NCBI GenBank assembly: GCA_002794465.1 | Contig: MTSL01000160.1 | Span: 1-8,293 of the forward strand | Origin: Paramicrosporidium saccamoebae KSL3 | Lineage: Eukaryota > Fungi > Cryptomycota | DNA length: 8,293 nt | Reading direction: 5' to 3' | Part shown: in pieces, positions 1 to 6,653 of the stretch | How the letters are laid out: each line of letters begins with the position of its first letter | How positions within the stretch are numbered: the first letter of the stretch is position 1 | The notes under the pieces: model-generated | What the model was told of the DNA's origin: nothing | Database searches by the model: none | Seen by the model: only the letters and a program-made list of their open reading frames with translations | Translations under genes and position numbers: made by a program

Positions 1-16
1 TATATGGGGTGTATGA

Positions 17-190
17 TGGTAGATGATAGTTGATAGATGAGGTGGATAATAGTCGGTAATATTTAGCTGATAGACGGTAATAAGTACTAGTTAAATAGTA
101 GCCGGTAATCAGTATCAGTCAGATGGTAGTCGGTAATCAGTTAAACGGTATTCAGTATCAGTTAAACGGTAGTCAGTTAAATGGTAGACG
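17..190. repeat. Degenerate low-complexity tandem array upstream of PTH2
   Basis: TAGNCGGTAAT at 50, 71, 99 and 127; CAGTTAAA at 138, 159 and 174; CAGTATCAGT at 110 and 153; TGGTAG at 17, 124 and 182. The + strand has no C in the first 53 nt. Confidence 0.65.
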
Positions 191-214
191 TTAACGATTT
201 ATTCAGTTTTATTC

Positions 215-673
215 ATGGACTATTCTTATTGCGCACTTACAGCTACAGTCCTTGGTGGAGCCGGTCTCATAATGTTCATACTTCGTCGTCGAGTCCGTCC
301 CTTCGTGACCATGCCAACTGGTGAGTGCAAACTGGTGATCCTGGTGCGCACTGACCTCAACATGACCAAAGGCAAGGCTGCCGCCCAGTGCTGTCATGCC
401 GTCCTGGAAACTTACAAACAGGCTACGCGTAACTATCCGGAAATGGTACAGCGGTGGGAGGACCTAGGCCAGCCCAAGATTACGCTCAAGGTGGAGAGTG
501 ATGCCGAGTTGGGCGAGTTGGTAAGCAAGGCGAGAAAGGCCGGATTAGCAGCTCAGGCGATCCGTGACGCCGGCCGGACGCAGTTGATTCCCGGAACAAG
601 GACAGTCGCCGCCATCGGACCCGGTCCAGCAAAGATGATTGACATTATCACTGGCCATTTGAAACTATATTGA
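215..673 (+). CDS. PTH2: Peptidyl-tRNA hydrolase 2 (Pth2/Bit1 family), 152 aa, with N-terminal hydrophobic anchor
   Basis: Family motifs KLVILVRTDLNMTKGKAAAQCCHA, W..LGQPKITLK, DAGRTQ and TVAAIGPGP...TGHLKLY. The N-terminal hydrophobic stretch followed by RRR is typical of the mitochondrial-anchored eukaryotic form. ATG 215, TGA 671-673. Confidence 0.95.
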   Translation: MDYSYCALTATVLGGAGLIMFILRRRVRPFVTMPTGECKLVILVRTDLNMTKGKAAAQCCHAVLETYKQATRNYPEMVQRWEDLGQPKITLKVESDAELGELVSKARKAGLAAQAIRDAGRTQLIPGTRTVAAIGPGPAKMIDIITGHLKLY

Positions 674-764
674 ATGACGCTGGGATTGTAATTGAGTTTT
701 ATAGAGTGGTTCCCAGGACGAAGAGTTAAACACAATAGCAATGGTACGATGAATCGGGGATTCC

Positions 765-800
765 AATAAAAGTCTCACATGGTGCGGCTCTAAAAATAAA
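765..800 (+). terminator. Candidate polyadenylation signals for PTH2 (AATAAA x2)
   Basis: AATAAA at 765-770 and 795-800, 90-130 nt after the PTH2 stop. Motif match only. Confidence 0.3.
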
Positions 801-806
801 GTTGTG

Positions 807-816
807 CTGATTGGCT
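807..816 (-). promoter_or_regulatory. Candidate CCAAT (NF-Y/HAP) box upstream of SCAMP
   Basis: AGCCAATCAG on the - strand matches the NF-Y consensus ~45 nt before ATG 862. Similar boxes occur at 1940-1949 (before NTE1) and 6336-6345 (before the ankyrin gene). Confidence 0.35.
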
Positions 817-861
817 GCCGCCATCCGTAAATAGTCACAACGAAGACCATTTCATCGTTCC

Positions 862-1870
862 ATGGTAGAAGAAACTAATCCCTTCAAGGTGTGATGAATG
901 AAATGATCTTATTTTAGAGCTCTCCCGAGGTGGGACCGAGTAAGAACAAGGACTCGCCGTATGGTCCGAATCCATTTGCTGCAAACAAGAGCTTTGATCT
1001 TCCGGCTGCTCATGCCCGCGAATTTGTTCCCGCAGATTCGCCTGAAGAATCGCCACGGGAGGCTCTTCCCTGGGAACGAAAGGCACTCGAAATCGAAGCT
1101 CGCGTACCTTGACTTTGTGGCTTGATTAACATGTTTAGACCAGGGAGCTGCGGAGACGACAGGACCAACAGCAAATACCAATGATTGCCGGTAAGAATTG
1201 GCCCGCCTTCTACCCGGTCGTTGTGCACGATATCGACGCAGAATTGAGCGCTGCAGGGCAGCCGCTGGCAAAACGAAGCTATTTCATCTGGCAATGTATG
1301 GAGTGGGTGGAGGTTTAATTGCTAGTGACGGCGCTGGCGTATGCGGTCAACTTGGGGGCAATGATTTTCATGCTGTTCTCCGGTGTGGCCGGATATAGCA
1401 GTCTGACGGGGACGATATTTGCAGTAATATATTTGGCCGTGTTTCCCTTGGCGGCCTTTTTCGCCTGGCACCTCTCCCTCTACAAGGCCCTTAAGTATGC
1501 AATGGTATGGCTGCTGATGTGTAGATTCGACTCGTCCTTTTGGTATATCAGCTACTTTGTCTCCTTTGGCATCCAGCTCGTGTTCTATCTGTTCCTTGCG
1601 GTCGGACTTTTCAGCGGCGGTGGAGGGGGCGTTCTCGGCATGTTGGAAATGTTTGCACACGGCAAAATCTTTGCTGGCATCTTTGCCGCCATCTGTACTG
1701 CTACCCTTGCCCTTTGTCTGGTGTTGGGTGTGGCTCTGGTGAAGGAGGTGAACAGCCATTTCCGATCGGGAGGACATTCTGTGAGTCGTGCGGGTGCAGA
1801 AGCCGGCCGCACATTTGCCACCAACGACACAGTTCGTCAATCTGCCAAGGAGGCCGTCCTAGGCGTCTAA
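862..1870 (+). CDS. SCAMP: Secretory carrier membrane protein (SCAMP family), 5 exons: join(862..888,918..1103,1139..1295,1326..1494,1525..1870), 294 aa
   Basis: Manual splicing gives an 885-nt open frame: MVEETNPFK-SSPEV...GPNPFAAN (two NPF motifs), a coiled coil ERKALEIEARTRELRRRQ, KNWPAFYPVVVHDI, RSYFIWQLTA, four hydrophobic helices, LYKALKFDSS and a C-terminal RSGGHSVSRAGAEA...TNDTVRQSA. All are hallmarks of SCAMPs. Confidence 0.9.
889..917 (+). other. Spliceosomal intron 1 of SCAMP (29 nt, phase 0)
   Basis: GTGTGA...ATGAT...TTTTAG. Removal joins the ATG/NPF exon in frame to exon 2. The donor is weaker than the other three. Confidence 0.7.
1104..1138 (+). other. Spliceosomal intron 2 of SCAMP (35 nt, phase 0)
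   Basis: GTACCT...ATTAAC (branch-like)...TTTAG. It contains the TGA that ends ORF 930-1112, and removal restores the coiled coil and NWP..HDI motif. Confidence 0.88.
1296..1325 (+). other. Spliceosomal intron 3 of SCAMP (30 nt, phase 1)
   Basis: GTATGG...TTTAAT...GCTAG. Removal gives YFIWQ-L-TALAYAVN, joining exon 3 to the frame of ORF 1319-1870. Confidence 0.88.
1495..1524 (+). other. Spliceosomal intron 4 of SCAMP (30 nt, phase 2, in-frame and stop-free)
   Basis: GTATGC...GCTGAT...GTGTAG. Removal converts YKALK-YAMVWLLMCR-FDSS to YKALKFDSS, matching the family pattern YKA(F)R-x-DSS. Confidence 0.8.
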
Positions 1871-1872
1871 TT

Positions 1873-1878
1873 AATAAA
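1873..1878 (+). terminator. Candidate polyadenylation signal for SCAMP
   Basis: AATAAA 2 nt after the TAA stop in a 94-nt intergenic. Motif match only. Confidence 0.35.
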
Positions 1879-1883
1879 CAGCC

Positions 1884-1891
1884 TGACGTCA
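1884..1891. promoter_or_regulatory. Palindromic CRE/ATF-type bZIP site upstream of NTE1
   Basis: Perfect TGACGTCA ~75 nt before ATG 1965. TGACGT half-sites also occur twice upstream of the ankyrin gene (6391, 6432). Confidence 0.3.
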
Positions 1892-1964
1892 TGCAAAAAC
1901 TATGGTATGTAGACTTTGCTAAAAACGGAAATAAGAATGATGATTGGCGGAAAAGAGTCTTATC

Positions 1965-4900
1965 ATGCATGTTACAATGCGTTTGGCTGGGTTGGTGCTG
2001 GTGGCATCTCTGCTGGCATGGCACTATGAAAAGGTGGCTGCCGCGATCCGGTGGATTTTCTACTTGTTGTCGCTACCCATGACTTTTAGTCTGACGTTCA
2101 AGCTAGAGGTCCTGCATATTGTATTTGTTGTGTTGCTCCTTGCGGTCCTGGTGTATTTGGCTCTGCACTACCGGGTGCACAAGCGATACTCACAGCTACG
2201 TATTGCTCCCGCCCAACAGGCGCCACCATTTGAGCTCCATCCAGCGGAGCCCGAGATTTTGATTGAGACTGAGCCAGAAGATGTGCTGGGCACATTTTTA
2301 GCTTCGATCCGGATATTTGGATATTTGGAACGGGATGTTTATCAAGAGCTGGCAAGGTCACTGCAAGAAAAACGATTGGATGCGGGAGACAGAATGGTGC
2401 CAAAGGGCGATTTCTATGTGGTGGTGGAGGGCACGGTGCAGCTGCGGATGCCGTATATCAAACCGACATCGATTCTAACAGAGGCACTGTCCTCATTGGA
2501 GGGATCAGTTGATGAGACCGAGTCAGTGCTGACAGAGGTGGGACCCGGCGGACTAATCTCCAGTCTGTTTGACGTCTTGGCTATTTTTGCCAACAGTAAG
2601 CCCCGGGAGGGCCCCGAGGTGACAGCGGTGGCTTTGACAGATTGCCGACTAATGGTGATCCCGGAAAGTGCATTATCCAGCATGGCCATCAAACACCCCA
2701 AGGTGTCGGCACACATTGTGCAAGTAATCATGTCTCGATTTCAACGGGTGACCTTTTTGACTCTGCAGCAATACCTCGGACTGACCAGGGAAGCCATGTA
2801 CATTGAGAAGTCACTAAACGAACATGCCATGCTCGAATCGGATCCGCCTAATGTAGAGAAACTCTTCAATTGGCCGGACAAGGGGCCACATAGATTGAGT
2901 GAGCTGATGACGCAGATGGGACGGGAGACCCGGGAGAGTGTGCAACGGGAAACTTTCAATTATTTTAAAAAGATCTTTCACATACAAGTGGATGCCCTTG
3001 GAAAGGATGGCAGTGGATGGGATCTGATGTCGCTGCGGGTGGCCCTTCCCGACACTTTTCTGGTGCGTCAGGGAGACCGCAATCCGGGACTGTATATTTT
3101 ACTGAAGGGATCTTTGGCAGTGAGCAGTCAATCGCAAAAGACTGAGGAAGAACGAAGTCTACAAGAGGTGATTCGTCCGGGAAGTCTGGTAGGATCTATG
3201 GCGGCATTTATGGGACAGCATTCATTGGTCACTATAACTGCCAAAGAAGAGTCGCTGGTAGCGTTTATTGGAAAAAGACAGTTGGAATGGATCATTGACC
3301 GGTATCCGCAGGTGATCCTCAATCTGGCGGGACGACTAATAGAGCGACTGTCTCCAATGGTACGAGCAATTGATTTGTGTTTGGAATGGATGCATTTGAA
3401 TGCGGGCCAGATTATGTGTCGACAGGATGAACCAGCCGACCACATTTACATTGTGCTCCATGGACGGGTGCGGTGCATCCACGACGATCCAGATGATCTT
3501 ACTATTATCAATGAATACGGACCAGGAGATTCGATTGGAGAGCAGGAAATGTTACTGGAGAGCGCCTGGCCAGGCACATTTCACGCCATCCGAGATACAG
3601 AAATTGCAGGAATGCCCCGAATTCTCTTTAATGCGCTGTCACTGATCCATCCAGAGATTAGCCTAAACATTTCCCGAATCCTGGCAAAGAAGAGTCAGGC
3701 AGCCTTGAAGGAGAGTGATTTATTCTCCAGACAAACCAATCTGAGGACAGTGGCAATCCTTCCGGTGGATCCACACATGCATGGCATAGCGCTGGAGTTT
3801 GCCCAGAGATTGCATGGAGAGCTGTTTGCTATGGACTCGAGTTTGCTATTGGACAGTTCAATTGTGGTGGATTTGCTGGGGAAGCATGCATTCAGTGCGA
3901 TTGGAAAGTTGAAGCTTCTAGAATGGTTGAATCAGATCGAGGAAGAACACCGTATAGTAATATATCTGGCCGATTCGGTGGTACAGTCGACTTGGACACG
4001 ACGCTGTTTACGTCAAGCAGACTGCATCCTTTTAATTGCAGATGCAGAAGCTGATCCTTCCGTGGGGGCGTATGAACGTTTACTACTTGGATCACATAGT
4101 TCGGCGGCTCGGAAGGAATTGGTGTTGGTGCATGGAAAGACAAGCTGCGCCACAGGATTGACTCGATCCTGGCTGAATAATCGGGTGTGGATCATGAACC
4201 ATCATCACGTGTGCATGGCAGGCGACAAGCAGCGAGACGAAGAATCGACATCGCCACGTCTGTGGAAGGTGCTCCATGATCAAATGAAAAAATACGGAAT
4301 CGCCGAGTTTGGTGGGGCTGGGGAGCTGGTGCGTGATTTTTGGGGAAGCACGCGGAGACGACCAACCCTGGCAGCGATCGTAGCAACAGCATCCAATGAC
4401 GATTTTGGTCGATTATCGCGTCATTTGCTGGGACGGAGTATTGGCTTGGTGTTAGGGGGAGGAGGCGCCCGGGGGTTGAGCCACATTGGGATTATTCAGG
4501 CATTGGTGGAGGCCGGGGTCCCAGTAGACACGATCGGAGGCACCAGTATTGGGGCGTTTATTGGGGCATTATATTCGCGAGATGTGGATTATTACGCTGC
4601 ACAAGCATTTGCCAAGGTGCTGTGTCAACGAATGACCTCGGTGTGGCGACAATTGCTTGATTTGACATATCCAATCACATCGTGGTTCACCGGCCATGCC
4701 TTTAACCGAACTCTATGGAAAATCTTTGGTGATCGTCAGATTGAAGATCTATGGCTGCCCTTCTTTTGCATGACCACTGATGTGGCACATTCAAAAATGA
4801 TAACACATCGCACAGGCCACGTATGGCGGTTTGTACGGGCCAGCATGTCCTTGTGTGGCTTCTTACCACCATTATGCGATCGGGGAGCCCTATTAGTGGA

Positions 4901-5432
4901 TGGGGGATATCTCAATAACGTGCCGGTAGATGTGATGATGGCAAATGACCACAGCACAACGACGGTCATTGCGATTGACGTGGGAGCAGAAGATGAGACG
5001 AACCTGTTCGATTATGGCGATACATTATCAGGCTTCTGGCTGCTGTTACAGCGACTATTTGGACGGAATCTGTTGATTCCAACACTGACCGAGTTGCAAT
5101 CGCGCTTGGCCTATGTGGGCTGCAATGACAAGTTGGAAGCTGTCAAACTTGCTGCTGCCACCACTGCTCATGTATTATATCTGCGTCCACCTGTGCAACG
5201 TTTTGGGGTGATGGACTTTGCTCACCATGTACGACTAATTTCCATTGGATATGAGTATGGACGCGGGGTGGTGGAGGAATGGCGGACCGATGGCACTCTC
5301 AAACGACTTCTTGGGTTCCGTGAACGTGTGGAGTCGCCCACTCTCTATCCAAAATGGACGACCGAAGAGCTTTATGAATACACGCCCAGTAATTCCACTG
5401 ATCGACGACATGTGCGTCGACGGTCCCTCTAA
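1965..5432 (+). CDS. NTE1: Lysophospholipase NTE1 / neuropathy target esterase (patatin domain plus three cNMP-binding-like domains), ~1155 aa
   Basis: N-terminal TM region ending HYRVHKRYSQL; FLASIRIFGYLE; three CNB-like segments; patatin motifs GLVLGGGGARG, GTSIG (catalytic Ser) and LVDGGYLNN (catalytic Asp), plus RASMSL. The ORF track starts at TTG 1944; the first in-frame ATG is 1965 (alternative 1977). No intron is required. Confidence 0.95.
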   Translation: MHVTMRLAGLVLVASLLAWHYEKVAAAIRWIFYLLSLPMTFSLTFKLEVLHIVFVVLLLAVLVYLALHYRVHKRYSQLRIAPAQQAPPFELHPAEPEILIETEPEDVLGTFLASIRIFGYLERDVYQELARSLQEKRLDAGDRMVPKGDFYVVVEGTVQLRMPYIKPTSILTEALSSLEGSVDETESVLTEVGPGGLISSLFDVLAIFANSKPREGPEVTAVALTDCRLMVIPESALSSMAIKHPKVSAHIVQVIMSRFQRVTFLTLQQYLGLTREAMYIEKSLNEHAMLESDPPNVEKLFNWPDKGPHRLSELMTQMGRETRESVQRETFNYFKKIFHIQVDALGKDGSGWDLMSLRVALPDTFLVRQGDRNPGLYILLKGSLAVSSQSQKTEEERSLQEVIRPGSLVGSMAAFMGQHSLVTITAKEESLVAFIGKRQLEWIIDRYPQVILNLAGRLIERLSPMVRAIDLCLEWMHLNAGQIMCRQDEPADHIYIVLHGRVRCIHDDPDDLTIINEYGPGDSIGEQEMLLESAWPGTFHAIRDTEIAGMPRILFNALSLIHPEISLNISRILAKKSQAALKESDLFSRQTNLRTVAILPVDPHMHGIALEFAQRLHGELFAMDSSLLLDSSIVVDLLGKHAFSAIGKLKLLEWLNQIEEEHRIVIYLADSVVQSTWTRRCLRQADCILLIADAEADPSVGAYERLLLGSHSSAARKELVLVHGKTSCATGLTRSWLNNRVWIMNHHHVCMAGDKQRDEESTSPRLWKVLHDQMKKYGIAEFGGAGELVRDFWGSTRRRPTLAAIVATASNDDFGRLSRHLLGRSIGLVLGGGGARGLSHIGIIQALVEAGVPVDTIGGTSIGAFIGALYSRDVDYYAAQAFAKVLCQRMTSVWRQLLDLTYPITSWFTGHAFNRTLWKIFGDRQIEDLWLPFFCMTTDVAHSKMITHRTGHVWRFVRASMSLCGFLPPLCDRGALLVDGGYLNNVPVDVMMANDHSTTTVIAIDVGAEDETNLFDYGDTLSGFWLLLQRLFGRNLLIPTLTELQSRLAYVGCNDKLEAVKLAAATTAHVLYLRPPVQRFGVMDFAHHVRLISIGYEYGRGVVEEWRTDGTLKRLLGFRERVESPTLYPKWTTEELYEYTPSNSTDRRHVRRRSL

Positions 5433-5474
5433 CCAGTGTTGAGTTGGGTTAGGTGGGCAGAGTTATTGAGTAAG

Positions 5475-5518
5475 GCAAATAGAGTGTGATTGTCTTTAAT
5501 GCAAATAGAATGATTGTC
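5475..5518. repeat. Imperfect direct repeat between the convergent NTE1 and ankyrin genes
   Basis: GCAAATAGAGTGTGATTGTC (5475-5494) and GCAAATAGAA--TGATTGTC (5501-5518). Confidence 0.5.
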
Positions 5519-5667
5519 GAGTGAGATTATCCCACCCCCAATGTTGTTGTTCTATTATATCAATTTCAATATGATCGAATGTATATTCAGACAAGATTAC
5601 TTGTTGGTCTAGAGTCGTTCGACAAGTCCAATAAGGACCACTTGCTACTCATCGCATTACTTATCAC

Positions 5668-6255
5668 TCATTGCTCACCACCTCCCAGTTGACCTCCGCA
5701 TTCTAATAAATAGGCAGCTGTCGTCTCATGACCGTCCTGTTCTGCCAAATCCAGAGCTGTGGCTTTATCCGCATCCATCCAATTAATGAGTTGGGGGGAA
5801 TGGGCCAATAACAGTTCTACCACTTCGGTGCGTCCCAATGTGGCTGCTCGATGCAATGCTGTTTGACCGCGTGCATCTCGTATTGTCGCCATGGAAAGCA
5901 ATAGTCTCACCACGGCAATATGGCCCTTTCCTGCGGCGTAATGCAGAGGCGTCTGTCCACCCTTACTGATTATGACGTTGGGATAATGGGGCAATAGGAG
6001 TTTGACAGTAGAGGTCATACCGAGACTGGCTGCCTGATGGAGAGCCGTCCAGCCCGCCTCGTCCTGGTGGCTATACGACCATTCAAAGCGTTCAACCAAC
6101 GTCTCCACCAGTTCTGTGCGTTTGGCAGCAATGGCGTGTTGCAGGACGGTGCGACAATCCCCATCGACCGTTGTAACCAGTTCCGGTTGCTGTTCGAGTA
6201 ACTCTATCAAGTCGGCGTTCGGGCCATGATTAACGAGGTCCTGAGCCCGGTCCAT
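5668..6255 (-). CDS. NAS6: Ankyrin-repeat protein, probably the 26S proteasome regulatory-particle chaperone Nas6/gankyrin (PSMD10), 195 aa
   Basis: Successive repeats DGDCRTVLQHA, DEAGWTALHQAAS, GQTPLHYAAGKGH, DARGQTALHRAA and INWMD..ATALDLA follow the order of gankyrin/Nas6 (D.D.RT.LH.A, D.AGW..LH.AAS, TPLHYAA.K, LHRAA, NWQD). The ankyrin call is secure and the orthology less so. The ORF track uses TTG 6270; the first ATG is 6255. Confidence 0.75.
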   Translation of the reverse strand: MDRAQDLVNHGPNADLIELLEQQPELVTTVDGDCRTVLQHAIAAKRTELVETLVERFEWSYSHQDEAGWTALHQAASLGMTSTVKLLLPHYPNVIISKGGQTPLHYAAGKGHIAVVRLLLSMATIRDARGQTALHRAATLGRTEVVELLLAHSPQLINWMDADKATALDLAEQDGHETTAAYLLECGGQLGGGEQ

Positions 6256-6299
6256 ATCGCCTGGGGTCAAATGGGCTTGCTGATATACGTGTGATGTGA

Positions 6300-6317
6300 G
6301 CTTAAAGTAAAGACTCT
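6300..6317 (-). promoter_or_regulatory. Shared 18-bp upstream element, copy 1 (sense AGAGTCTTTACTTTAAGC)
   Basis: Identical to 8042-8059 and 45 nt upstream of the ankyrin ATG. A regulatory role is inferred from position. Confidence 0.55.
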
Positions 6318-6390
6318 GTTAAACAGCGTTCGCTTGTCATTGGCGAGTCTGTCCCAGATAGCGGCTCCACAGTCCAATTTGACCATACTG

Positions 6391-6466
6391 TGACGTAGAG
6401 GCAGAGGCAGAGGATTGATTAGTCGGGTATTTGACGTAGAGGGTTGATTAGTTGCTGGGTATTTGA
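6391..6466. repeat. Degenerate tandem duplication upstream of the ankyrin gene
   Basis: TGACGTAGAGG at 6391 and 6432; TTGATTAGT at 6415 and 6444; GGGTATTTGA at 6425 and 6457; internal GCAGAG x2. Confidence 0.65.
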
Positions 6467-6569
6467 GGACAGTGAGATGTGTATCTATACTATTCTAGGA
6501 TTAGCAGTGAACAACTCCCTTCCCGTCTGTGGATTATCCCCACTACGCGACAACAGGACCTTTAACAAA

Positions 6570-6600
6570 GATATACTATCTCACATATGGCATATGGACC
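6570..6600. repeat. Shared intergenic block B, copy 1
   Basis: GATATACTAT plus ATCTCACATATGG plus GACC, similar to 8085-8123. Confidence 0.45.
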
Positions 6601-6653
6601 ACCATTCCCATGTGGAATAACTATCGTAATTATCAATCATAAGCGATTATTGT

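Noticed and set aside
1-200. CRISPR-like or transposon-terminal interpretation of the repeat array
   Set aside because: The units are degenerate with no constant repeat/unique spacer structure, no terminal inverted repeats and no cas or transposase gene, and the context is eukaryotic.
1814-1822. Perfect Rpn4/PACE site (GGTGGCAAA on the - strand)
   Set aside because: It lies inside the SCAMP CDS and not near the proteasome-chaperone gene, so it is probably chance.
1540-2082. 180-aa ORF bridging SCAMP and NTE1
   Set aside because: It overlaps two real CDSs in another frame and has no family features.
2453-2481. Intron-like GTATAT...CTAACAG (29 nt) inside NTE1
   Set aside because: Removal shifts the frame into a TGA, and the branch-to-AG distance is only 3 nt.
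5446-5456. GGGTTAGG telomere-like word; also octamer ATGCAAAT at 5499-5506
   Set aside because: Single copies with no array or supporting context.
6604-6618. Small hairpin ATTCC-CATGT-GGAAT
   Set aside because: A 5-bp stem is expected by chance.
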